Below are positions 20,700-28,857 of a DNA stretch of 64,000 nt, one piece after another; the first letter of the stretch is position 1; every line of letters begins with the position of its first letter. Position numbers and translations under genes: made by a program. This DNA comes from a virus (lineage: Duplodnaviria; Caudoviricetes), in the IMG/VR virus record IMGVR_UViG_3300032248_000171, positions 38,130 to 102,129 of that record; one strand, written 5' to 3'. Under the pieces are notes generated by a model. It searched no databases, was not told the DNA's origin, and saw only the letters and a program-made list of their open reading frames with translations.

Positions 20700-20911
20700 C
20701 AGAATGGGAGTTTAAACTTCTCTGTATTTAGTTTAGGGATGGGTAGTTTTCCCAATGCTTTTGATATTTGTTTCTCTACCACAGCACCTACAAACTCTTC
20801 TGGGTTGTCTAAAATCTTCTGTGCCTTCTGATAAGTTATGTAAGCACCATAGCAAAGCACGGCACTAACGCTCAAACTCAATACTGATAATCCTAATGCT
20901 AGTTTGTTCAT
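20699..20911 (-). CDS. Small membrane-anchored protein
   Basis: N-terminal hydrophobic helix; translationally coupled to neighbours. Confidence 0.65.
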   Translation of the reverse strand: MNKLALGLSVLSLSVSAVLCYGAYITYQKAQKILDNPEEFVGAVVEKQISKALGKLPIPKLNTEKFKLPF

Positions 20912-21102
20912 TCTCTTCCCTCTTCTTTGTGTATAAAAACTTTTAAATCTTTGACATATTTTCTTAGTATCTGTGCCTGTTCCTCATGCCAAAAATCACC
21001 CGTCTCTAAATGAAGACGGGTGTGATTGTCTATGGCTTTGAGTATCTGGTGAATAGGTTTGTTCCAGCATTCACGTTTTGGAGTGTCCCACTCTCTCGAC
21101 AT
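20908..21102 (-). CDS. Hypothetical protein
   Basis: GAGG ribosome-binding site; coupled to the downstream gene. Confidence 0.65.
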   Translation of the reverse strand: MSREWDTPKRECWNKPIHQILKAIDNHTRLHLETGDFWHEEQAQILRKYVKDLKVFIHKEEGRE

Positions 21103-21108
21103 AAAACC

Positions 21109-21702
21109 TCATTGTTTTTTAACTTGCCCAATGCTTAGTGGCGCAGGTAACGTAGTATTTATCTGGGGATACCTTACAACTATGTCAGCACATACTGAAT
21201 AGTAAGGAGAATTAGGGTGAAATGTAACACCTAATTTTATAGCTTCTCCACACTTAAGTAATCTAACTAACTCAAAATCTAAACGTGCTTTATCTGCTTC
21301 GGCATTCTGTCTTTTTATTTCTGTTCTTGCTCTTTCCTTACATAATTCCATTAATGTGCCATCAAGTGGTACATTAAGACCAGCAGAGATACCCCAGTTA
21401 TGACTACTTGAATCAAATGATTCTGGGTCCATGCTAGAGTTTCCACTCTTCAACATAAATGGAGATATCGAAAATGTAGCACCTTGGCAGGCAACACCAT
21501 TACCATATGTGTTCATAGCATATGGTCCTTGTAATACTTGAACTGCCTGGTTAGTTACGTTACCTGTGGCAGATGCCGAAGGTCCAGCAATGTTTGTGTT
21601 GGAAGGAGCTTGTTGAGCAAAAGCACTGCCAGCAAATACTACTGAGTAAAGACAGATATAGAGTTTGTTGTAGAGTCTTGTGTAGTTGTTCTGTCTATCC
21701 AT
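21109..21702 (-). CDS. Putative exported protein with conserved cysteines
   Basis: AxA signal cleavage (GSAFA/QQ); NQAVQVLQGP and RLDFELVRLLKCGE; start uncertain. Confidence 0.65.
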   Translation of the reverse strand: MDRQNNYTRLYNKLYICLYSVVFAGSAFAQQAPSNTNIAGPSASATGNVTNQAVQVLQGPYAMNTYGNGVACQGATFSISPFMLKSGNSSMDPESFDSSSHNWGISAGLNVPLDGTLMELCKERARTEIKRQNAEADKARLDFELVRLLKCGEAIKLGVTFHPNSPYYSVCADIVVRYPQINTTLPAPLSIGQVKKQ

Positions 21703-22004
21703 GTTTCTTTAGCTACTCCAGGTCCGAGATAAGTCTCACTAAACTGGAACGGAGCACCTTGATTCATAATAGAGTAACTAGTTCCTGGCGCAGGTGACCC
21801 AGGAATATTGATATTAGTTCCAGTTACAGTATAAGATGTGCCAGTTGTATATTCTATTTGTCTAATAGTCTCAACAATTTCTGTTCGAGACTTAGTTTCT
21901 GCTGTGATAGTTCCTCTAGTAAAATTGGGCACAACACTTTCAGCATAAGCGGGAGTACAAATGACTCCCGCTGCTAAAAGCAATACGGGAGTTATATGTC
22001 TCAC
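21639..22004 (-). CDS. Putative exported protein
   Basis: Signal peptide ending PAYA/ESVVPNF; Thr-rich, predicted beta. Confidence 0.7.
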   Translation of the reverse strand: MRHITPVLLLAAGVICTPAYAESVVPNFTRGTITAETKSRTEIVETIRQIEYTTGTSYTVTGTNINIPGSPAPGTSYSIMNQGAPFQFSETYLGPGVAKETWIDRTTTQDSTTNSISVFTQ

Positions 22005-22462
22005 TTAAATACGCTCAACTCAACACTACGTTGTGCTGTTGCTGTGGTTCCTGCTCCACCAGCAGTAACTGTGGGAACACCAGTTGTTGATAGAGTACCA
22101 GCGAGAGAACCTTTGTCTCCTGCTAACTGAGTAACACTATCCCCATAAAGGTTGGGAGAAGCAATAACTCCAGCACTGACCGACTGAGTGGTGACTGATG
22201 TATCAGCAGACCTTGAAGTTTCTGAAAAAACAAATCCTTGACCAGCTGAGTTAACTTCATATGAACCAGTGGAACCAACACCACCAAATGTATTTGCTTT
22301 AATATTTGAACCAGAGACTGAGTATTCCCCTCCAAGTCTCGTAGATTGTACCGCTGCACCCTGAACGTTTAATTGTATTGAATCAGTAATCCTAGATGTG
22401 ATTTCACCTGCAAAAACAGGAGTAGTTAAGAATAACGAAAAGACAAATGCTAATCTTTTCAT
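22001..22462 (-). CDS. Putative exported Gly/Ser/Thr-rich protein
   Basis: MKRLAFVFSLFLTTPVFA signal peptide; late-promoter-like CATAAATA on the minus strand at 22489-22496. Confidence 0.7.
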   Translation of the reverse strand: MKRLAFVFSLFLTTPVFAGEITSRITDSIQLNVQGAAVQSTRLGGEYSVSGSNIKANTFGGVGSTGSYEVNSAGQGFVFSETSRSADTSVTTQSVSAGVIASPNLYGDSVTQLAGDKGSLAGTLSTTGVPTVTAGGAGTTATAQRSVELSVFK

Positions 22463-22523
22463 TTTTTTGTATAAAATACGACTATATGTATTTATGTTTC
22501 GTAGTGGTTCGGAAAGCACCCCC

Positions 22524-22552
22524 TTGACAAAATCCTAAATACTTGCTATATT
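22524..22552 (+). promoter_or_regulatory. Sigma70-type promoter
   Basis: TTGACA-N17-TATATT. Confidence 0.7.
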
Positions 22553-22659
22553 ATGGTGTTCATCATGAGAACGTGAGTGACATTAGAGCCGTGGAAGGTG
22601 CCTCCCGAGAGGGTTGGTATACCCCCCTTCTATACGGATGTAGAGTTCAATTAAACTAA

Positions 22660-23298
22660 ATGCAAAATATCTTTACAGTAGCCCTGCCGATTTTGGCATC
22701 GGTTACAACCAGTACGGCAACACTGCCTGGTTTATTTCCTCCTCCCCCATTGAGTGCTCCGCCACCATATTCTGTTATTAAGGAGTTTGAGACCAAGACA
22801 GCGACCAAAGAGGTTGCTCCCGAAAAGCCAAAAGAGAAAAGGCTAATTTGTAAAGGGTGTTCGAATCAAGAACAAATTGCTCTTGATTATTTCCAAGACG
22901 TTGGAATCAAAGACAGAAACGCCCTTGCTACCATCATGGGTAACATTAAACAGGAATCAACATTCGTGTCTAATATTTGTGAAGGTGGTAGCAGAAAGAA
23001 TTACCGTAATTGCTATGGTGGTTATGGTTTAATTCAGTGGACATCTGCCAATCGTTACTATGGATTGGGTGAATTTGCTAAAAAGTTTGGTGGTTCTCCA
23101 TCAGACATCCACACACAACTTCGTTATTTGACCAGTGAAGTTCAATGGAAACAGATTGAAAACCATATGAAACAAGGTGGTAAATCAATCTATTCCTACA
23201 TGAACTATGCTTATGATTGGATTGGTTGGGGCTATCATGGTGCCCGCACATCTTATGCTCATGATTATGCTTCCAAACTAATCTCAGTAGAGGTTTGA
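22660..23298 (+). CDS. Phage-tail-lysozyme-family hydrolase with N-terminal signal/anchor
   Basis: ALATIMGNIKQES...GGYGLIQWT. Confidence 0.8.
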   Translation: MQNIFTVALPILASVTTSTATLPGLFPPPPLSAPPPYSVIKEFETKTATKEVAPEKPKEKRLICKGCSNQEQIALDYFQDVGIKDRNALATIMGNIKQESTFVSNICEGGSRKNYRNCYGGYGLIQWTSANRYYGLGEFAKKFGGSPSDIHTQLRYLTSEVQWKQIENHMKQGGKSIYSYMNYAYDWIGWGYHGARTSYAHDYASKLISVEV

Positions 23299-23339
23299 AT
23301 CTAGGATAAATAATGGGGAGTGGCGCCGCTCCCCTTCCT

Positions 23340-23741
23340 ATGTTTAACTTCGGTAAAAAGAAACCAGATATAAAACAATATGCTATAATCAGTGTAGTGT
23401 TAACAACTATTATTGCCACTCTTTCTCAATGCACGGGAATTAAACAAGATAGTATTTGGGATTTACTTGATGAAGTTCAAAGAAGATATTTCCCCCAAAC
23501 TATTATCAACGACTTTATCATAAAAGACCCAGAGAAACTAGACCGAAGAATTCATAGAGATGTTGACAGAGCAATAGATGATTACTGGAGACAATCTGGT
23601 TTATCAAAAGCAGAGGTATCAAAACCTCGCTATATAGAAGAAGCAAACGACGAAACATTATGTTACAGCGAAGAGTGTAAGACACTCGCCCCACCCATGA
23701 GGTTATGTGCCCCATGGCTTGACACCTGCCCCAAGCAGTGA
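23340..23741 (+). CDS. Membrane-anchored hypothetical protein
   Basis: TM segment AIISVVLTTIIATL; Cys-rich C-terminus. Confidence 0.6.
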   Translation: MFNFGKKKPDIKQYAIISVVLTTIIATLSQCTGIKQDSIWDLLDEVQRRYFPQTIINDFIIKDPEKLDRRIHRDVDRAIDDYWRQSGLSKAEVSKPRYIEEANDETLCYSEECKTLAPPMRLCAPWLDTCPKQ

Positions 23742-23759
23742 TATAATACTCTCATACGA

Positions 23760-23835
23760 GGGCACGTAGCATAATGGATAATGCATCATCCTTCTAAGAT
23801 GTCGATTGCTGGTTCGACCCCAGCCGTGCCTGCCA
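23760..23835 (+). tRNA. tRNA-Arg(TCT)
   Basis: Cloverleaf; anticodon loop CTTCTAA; encoded CCA. Confidence 0.88.
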
Positions 23836-23908
23836 GGGAGATTAACTCAGCGGTTAGAGTGTCTGATTTACATTCAGAAGGTCATTGGTTCGAATCCGAT
23901 ATTTCCCA
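23836..23908 (+). tRNA. tRNA-Val(TAC)
   Basis: TCTGA-TTTACAT-TCAGA. Confidence 0.9.
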
Positions 23909-23916
23909 TACGAATT

Positions 23917-24144
23917 ATGAATACATATTATATCTCAATAGCAACGATTGCTGCTATCGTATACATACTCTGGCAAGACCCTAATGTGCCGAGATTTATT
24001 GAATTGATGTATCAATTGGCAAAGATTAATGTAATTCGTTTTTTTATGAAAATTAAAATGAAACGACAACTTGATAAAGATTACAATGAAATGCAAAAAG
24101 CTATGAAGGAATGGTTAAAAGAAAATGGCAAAGATAAGATGTAA
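23917..24144 (+). CDS. Small membrane protein
   Basis: MNTYYISIATIAAIVYILWQDP; real start lies after tRNA-Val. Confidence 0.65.
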   Translation: MNTYYISIATIAAIVYILWQDPNVPRFIELMYQLAKINVIRFFMKIKMKRQLDKDYNEMQKAMKEWLKENGKDKM

Positions 24145-24382
24145 AGCATGTGGAACTGAGATAGAGTTAACACAAGCAAATAAAAGTAAAGCATGTGGAT
24201 GTAGTAACCAGACATTTCTGCGTTTGGATAGAAATGGAATGCCCATAATCACAGGTAACGATTTGAATTTGGTGACTGCCATTGATGGTCTATCCAAACC
24301 TAAAGAAAAAAAGCTTGACATCTCACCAGTATCAGGTTATACTAAGCGGGTTCCGAGAAAATTGGATTTTGAGGTCCGATAA
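24125..24382 (+). CDS. Zn-ribbon hypothetical protein
   Basis: CKACG...CGCSN and RKLDFEVR. Confidence 0.7.
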   Translation: MAKIRCKACGTEIELTQANKSKACGCSNQTFLRLDRNGMPIITGNDLNLVTAIDGLSKPKEKKLDISPVSGYTKRVPRKLDFEVR

Positions 24383-24407
24383 ATAATTAAACAATCAATT
24401 AACTATC

Positions 24408-24545
24408 ATGCCAACAATTTTTAGTTACGTTCTTGGAAGACGTGCATCACTTCAAACAATTGAAGAAGTTCTAGAAGAAGCACCTGCTGTTGACCCACTA
24501 GCAGATGCTCCAACATCTACATCAGAAGAAACACCTGCTGAATAA
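24408..24545 (+). CDS. Small acidic protein, 45 aa (not in ORF track)
   Basis: MPTIFSYVLGRRASLQTIEEVLEEAP...; GATAAATA upstream. Confidence 0.5.
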   Translation: MPTIFSYVLGRRASLQTIEEVLEEAPAVDPLADAPTSTSEETPAE

Positions 24546-24552
24546 TCTGACT

Positions 24553-24640
24553 GGAAGATTGGCCGAGCGGCTTAAGGCAGCAGTTTGCTAAACTGCCGAA
24601 GGAGTCAATCCTTCCGATGGTTCGAATCCATCATCTTCCG
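24553..24640 (+). tRNA. tRNA-Ser(GCT)
   Basis: GCAGT-TTGCTAA-ACTGC; long variable arm; G73. Confidence 0.92.
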
Positions 24641-24678
24641 TTGCCCTCTGGGCATTTTGTAAACTAACAATAAAAAGT

Positions 24679-26160
24679 ATGAAAATCAAACAACTGATGC
24701 TTGCACCTGTTGCTTTGGGAATGATTGCTCCTGTTGCTGCGAATGCCGCAGACCTTAACTTGGCAGCAGTCAATCAATATTCCTCTAGCGATCAGGTTAC
24801 AAGCGTTTCGCAACTCTCTGATGTGAAACCTACTGACTGGGCTTACCAAGCACTTTCTAGTTTGGTTGATCGTTATGGTTGTGTTGCTGGTTATCCCAAT
24901 GGCACCTTTGGTGGTGCTAAACCAATGACTCGTTTTGAGGCAGCTGCTCTTCTGAACTCTTGCCTTGATCGTGTCACTGAAGTAACCGATGAACTTAAGC
25001 GTCTTCTTGCTGAGTTTGATAAAGAACTAACCATTCTTACTGCTCGTGTGGATGGACTCGAGAGTAAAGTCGGTCAACTTCAAGCAACTCAATTCTCTAC
25101 TACTACCAAACTTAAGGGTGAAGCAAACTTCGTTCTTGGTGGTGTTCCTGGTTATAAGACTACTACTGGTGCTAGTGCTGGTAATACCGCATTTAACTAT
25201 GACCTTCGTATCAACCTTGATACATCGTTCACTGGTAAGGATTTGCTCCGTACTCGTCTGCGTTCTGGTAACTTCTCCAGTCAACCTTTCGGTTCTTCTT
25301 CGTCACTACTCAAACTTGACAAAGCAGAAACCTCTACTGCTGGCGACAGCAATGTGTGGTTGGATCGTCTGTATTACACCTTCCCTGCTGGTAAGAATGT
25401 AAAACTAACTGCTGGTGCTCTTGTTCGTAACACTGAACTGGCATGGATTGCTTCAGCATACAAGTCTGAAGTTCTTGACTTCTTCCAACTTGGTGGTGCT
25501 TCAGGTGTCTATAACAAGGCAACTGGTCAAGGTTTCGGTGCTCAATACACTCAACCAGGAACTCAAGGTTTGGTTGCTAACCTAAACTATGTTGCTATCA
25601 CTGGTTCTTCTAGTTCCACTGGTGTCTTTGATTCCTCTGGTGGTCTGAACGTTCTTGCTCAGGTTGGTTATCGTGCTCCTCGGTGGGGCGTGGCAGTCGG
25701 TTACCGCTATGGCACCGAGGGTTCACGGGTTCGTAACTTCAACGCTCTTGGCGGCGGTTCTGGCGCCCTTACACACGGTCAGGATTCCAACAGCGTAGCA
25801 TTCAATGCTTACTGGCAACCTAAGACTTCTGGCATCGTTCCTTCCATCAGCTTTGGTTATGGATATAACGGTGTGAGTGGTGCTGGTAAGACTACTGGTG
25901 CTACCAACTCACAGTCTTGGATGGCAGGTCTTCAATGGTCTGATGTGTTTGCTAAGGGTAATGCTGCTGGTGTTGCTGTTGGTCAACCTTCCAACACTGA
26001 GAATGCTAGCAAGGCAACCATGCTTGAAGTGTTCTATAAGTATCGTGTAAGCGATAACATTGCTATCACTCCTGCTGTGTTCTATGCTTCAGACAATCAA
26101 GGTTCGCAGAATGCTACCTCCAACTGGGGCGGTGTGATTCAGACCAAGTTTACGTTCTGA
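24679..26160 (+). CDS. Cyanobacterial outer-membrane porin (Som/OprB-type with SLH domain)
   Basis: Signal peptide; SLH domain DVKPTDWAYQAL...GYPNGTF...TRFEAAALL; QFSTTTKLKGE; C-terminal Phe (TKFTF). Confidence 0.95.
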   Translation: MKIKQLMLAPVALGMIAPVAANAADLNLAAVNQYSSSDQVTSVSQLSDVKPTDWAYQALSSLVDRYGCVAGYPNGTFGGAKPMTRFEAAALLNSCLDRVTEVTDELKRLLAEFDKELTILTARVDGLESKVGQLQATQFSTTTKLKGEANFVLGGVPGYKTTTGASAGNTAFNYDLRINLDTSFTGKDLLRTRLRSGNFSSQPFGSSSSLLKLDKAETSTAGDSNVWLDRLYYTFPAGKNVKLTAGALVRNTELAWIASAYKSEVLDFFQLGGASGVYNKATGQGFGAQYTQPGTQGLVANLNYVAITGSSSSTGVFDSSGGLNVLAQVGYRAPRWGVAVGYRYGTEGSRVRNFNALGGGSGALTHGQDSNSVAFNAYWQPKTSGIVPSISFGYGYNGVSGAGKTTGATNSQSWMAGLQWSDVFAKGNAAGVAVGQPSNTENASKATMLEVFYKYRVSDNIAITPAVFYASDNQGSQNATSNWGGVIQTKFTF

Positions 26161-26219
26161 TAAACAAAGGGGGTTGACAAGACCCCCCGACCTCCTATAT
26201 AATATGGAGGTCAACAAAT

Positions 26220-26304
26220 GGAAGTGTGTCCGAGTGGTTGAAGGAACTTGTCTTGAAAACAAGCATGGTGAAAGCCATCGTGGGTTCGAATCCTACCACT
26301 TCCG
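26220..26304 (+). tRNA. tRNA-Ser(TGA)
   Basis: CTTGT-CTTGAAA-ACAAG; long variable arm. Confidence 0.92.
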
Positions 26305-26494
26305 TTGGTACTCGTTAGGCAGATAGCCTAGAAGGAGACCAACTTCTACTACGGGTATCTTCCGTAGAGTCGTATGGGGATGGTTTGGCAGGGTCTTAAG
26401 GATTTTGCCTTCTGGGTGAAGTCCGACCATCCCCACAAAGATAGAGGGTAAGCCTCTGTTATATCCTTGAGGTATATTACGCTTACTCCATCAA
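26305..26494 (+). ncRNA. Unassigned structured RNA between tRNA-Ser and tRNA-Pro
   Basis: Consecutive stems plus a pseudoknot; no convincing ORF. Confidence 0.5.
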
Positions 26495-26566
26495 CGGTGT
26501 GTAGCGCAGCGGTAGCGCGTTCCGTTTGGGGCGGAAAAGTCGCAGGTTCGATCCCTGCCACGCCGA
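26495..26566 (+). tRNA. tRNA-Pro(TGG)
   Basis: TTCCG-TTTGGGG-CGGAA. Confidence 0.92.
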
Positions 26567-26574
26567 TTCTTCTT

Positions 26575-26850
26575 ATGGAGACTTTGATGTTAGTAATTTA
26601 CACCCGCGATAACTGCCCATATTGCAGTAAACTCAAAATGGTTCTGGATAGTTTTGCTGTGGAATACACACAACACAATCTGGGGGTTGACTTTGACAGG
26701 GAACAGTTCTATGATGAGTTTGGTGAAGGTTCAACCTTCCCTCGTGTGGTGTTAGATGGTTCAGTTCTTGGTGGTTGCACCGAGACATTGGAGTTTCTTA
26801 CTAGCATTGGATGCCTACAAGAAGAAAAAGACATGGAGTGCATGGTATGA
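26575..26850 (+). CDS. nrdC: Glutaredoxin (NrdC-like)
   Basis: CPYC, STFPRV and LGGCTE. Confidence 0.9.
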   Translation: METLMLVIYTRDNCPYCSKLKMVLDSFAVEYTQHNLGVDFDREQFYDEFGEGSTFPRVVLDGSVLGGCTETLEFLTSIGCLQEEKDMECMV

Positions 26851-27020
26851 CTGAGATTACTGAAGAAACATTCTGCCACGATTTCGATGAAATCATGGAT
26901 AGAGTTATCACTGGTAGAGAATGGTTCGTCATTACTACTACTGAAGAAAGTAATAGAGTTTTGCTTGCTCCTGTTGACCCAGAAATGGGGCTTCCTTTCG
27001 GGGAAGTTGAGGGGAATTAA
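26847..27020 (+). CDS. Phd/YefM-like small protein
   Basis: MTEITEETFCHDFDEIMDRVITGREWFVIT...VLLAP fits the Phd pattern. Confidence 0.5.
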   Translation: MTEITEETFCHDFDEIMDRVITGREWFVITTTEESNRVLLAPVDPEMGLPFGEVEGN

Positions 27021-27083
27021 CTCAGTTGGTAGAGTGCCTGCTTTGCAAGCAGGATGTCAGGAGTTCGAGTCTCCTATTCTCCA
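27011..27083 (+). tRNA. tRNA-Ala(TGC)
   Basis: CCTGC-TTTGCAA-GCAGG; G3:U70. Confidence 0.92.
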
Positions 27084-27099
27084 TTTGCGAATAGCAAAT

Positions 27100-27172
27100 G
27101 CTCCTTTAGCTATCTGGTGAAAGCAATCGACTCATAATCGATGTGAGGTGGGTTCGATCCCCTCAAGGAGCA
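27100..27172 (+). tRNA. tRNA(CAT), elongator Met or Ile2
   Basis: ATCGA-CTCATAA-TCGAT; paired G1:C72. Confidence 0.85.
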
Positions 27173-27177
27173 CCTAA

Positions 27178-27270
27178 GGGGGTGTAGCTCAATTGGCAGA
27201 GCGGAAAGCTTATACCTTTCGTATACGGCAGATTACCGTGCGGTTGGGGGTTCGAGTCCCTCCGCCCCTA
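27178..27270 (+). tRNA. tRNA with TAT anticodon (nominal Ile) and long variable arm
   Basis: GAAAG-CTTATAC-CTTTC; variable stem TACGG/CCGTG; 93 nt. Confidence 0.8.
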
Positions 27271-27292
27271 TATAATAAAAAAGGAGGGTATC

Positions 27293-27505
27293 ATGTATGA
27301 GAATCAAACAGAATTTGAAAAAGAACTAATTTATTTTGGTAATAGAGTCAATGTTATTGTTGGATTTGAAATGTCAGGCAAACTAAATGCCGATGATGCC
27401 TACAAACAAATCAAAGATTTATATAAAGAATTAAAAAAACTTCGTAAACAAGAAAAGAAACAAGACCATCCATTAGATTACGATGAAATCCCTGAGAGGT
27501 ATTGA
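27293..27505 (+). CDS. Conserved cyanophage hypothetical protein
   Basis: FGNRV...GKLNADDAYKQIKDLYKEL; AGGAGG ribosome-binding site. Confidence 0.75.
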   Translation: MYENQTEFEKELIYFGNRVNVIVGFEMSGKLNADDAYKQIKDLYKELKKLRKQEKKQDHPLDYDEIPERY

Positions 27506-27506
27506 T

Positions 27507-28082
27507 ATGACTATTTCACAAGGACTTGTAGAAACTGAAGACGAAGAGCCTGGATTTGAGATTACTCATCTCTCATTCAGAAAGAAAAGGTCTAACAACA
27601 TGTGTGGTGGACCTGTAGATTACTACATCGGAAACATCGTATTTCGTTTAACCAATGAAAGTGCGAAAGGTCGCATGGAATACATTCTGAAAGAGAATGA
27701 GAGAGTTCGTGTAGCACCAGATGAGGAGTTACACAACAAGTATTATGATGGTCTGCACTTTAAATTTTCACCAAAAGAAGAAAGAAATGAGGATGGAGAA
27801 AAATTTTATCCATTAGATATCATCAACAAAGAAGGTATCAAAGATGAAGATGTATTCATCTATGCTTACCGTCGTAACATGGATCCCCTACATGATTTTG
27901 TTCAATACATTGAGAAATTTGATTGTTACCGAATGCACGAATACTTCCAAGACACACCAGTAGTTCGTGGTATAATACAGTATCTCCAAGACATGAAAGA
28001 TGGTAAACCGAATCCGAGCCGCACTGTCTACCATGAGCAGTTCCTCAACACGCTCACAAACCTTTGCTGGTGGTGGGACTAG
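27507..28082 (+). CDS. Hypothetical protein
   Basis: Long ORF ending NLCWWWD; GAGG ribosome-binding site. Confidence 0.7.
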   Translation: MTISQGLVETEDEEPGFEITHLSFRKKRSNNMCGGPVDYYIGNIVFRLTNESAKGRMEYILKENERVRVAPDEELHNKYYDGLHFKFSPKEERNEDGEKFYPLDIINKEGIKDEDVFIYAYRRNMDPLHDFVQYIEKFDCYRMHEYFQDTPVVRGIIQYLQDMKDGKPNPSRTVYHEQFLNTLTNLCWWWD

Positions 28083-28174
28083 AACCTGTTCCCGTTGCAA
28101 AACCGAATACCCCCTTGACAGCACCCACTACCAAGTGGTAAAATACTTTCGTACAGGATTTTCCTACTACTGCA

Positions 28175-28438
28175 ATGAGTGTAACAAACCAAAGCCGCGT
28201 GAAAACAATCCTTGATCGTTTCCCTTATAGATATGTACAGGTTGGCACTTTAGAAATCAATGGCAAACCTGATTGCCGTATTCAAAAAGTAGATTCATAC
28301 ACTGGTCGCTACCGTGATATGTATCTTTGTGATAACGAGATGCAGTTCTTGACAGCGATTGAAGATTTTGAATACACCAAATGGCTTGACCCAGACACAG
28401 TTCCATGCTACATTAAAGGAGACGACAACGATGATTGA
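28175..28438 (+). CDS. Conserved cyanophage hypothetical protein
   Basis: RFPYRYV...DCRIQK...MYLCDNEMQ...KWLDP. Confidence 0.75.
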   Translation: MSVTNQSRVKTILDRFPYRYVQVGTLEINGKPDCRIQKVDSYTGRYRDMYLCDNEMQFLTAIEDFEYTKWLDPDTVPCYIKGDDNDD

Positions 28439-28793
28439 CACAGTAAAATACCAACTAGAACGAGCAGTTGATGCTCTACGCACCGCTTTAAAACTCGGTG
28501 CTAGCAATGAAGACGGTTATCTTCTTCGTAATATTTCTGATGCTATTACTGATATTGAAGGATGGCAAACATCCCTTCGATTCAATGAGACCAAATCAGA
28601 ACCCGAAGTTTCTGATCCCGCTTGGGATGAAGTTCTAAAACGAGTTAGTAAGCGAGGTGGTTTCACTTGGAATAATAAAACCGAATTTGTTCCAGCTAAA
28701 CCAGAGAATACATCGAATGATTTCTTTGTTTCTTCCCAAGCACCTATAGCATATTATAGTGGTAATGAGGATGATGTAGTTACCTTCTCATAA
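28431..28793 (+). CDS. Hypothetical protein
   Basis: AGGAG ribosome-binding site before MIDTVKYQLE. Confidence 0.65.
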   Translation: MIDTVKYQLERAVDALRTALKLGASNEDGYLLRNISDAITDIEGWQTSLRFNETKSEPEVSDPAWDEVLKRVSKRGGFTWNNKTEFVPAKPENTSNDFFVSSQAPIAYYSGNEDDVVTFS

Positions 28794-28857
28794 ATAAAAA
28801 CGCAGTCACGGAGAGACTTTAAAAGAACTGGTGGAGTCAACTTACCCTCTGTATACT

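Noticed and set aside
23781-23984. ORFs overlapping tRNA genes (also the 5' part of 26467-26850, and 26887-27120, 29156-29485, 29748-29957)
   Set aside because: They read through clear tRNA cloverleaves and are spurious or over-extended.
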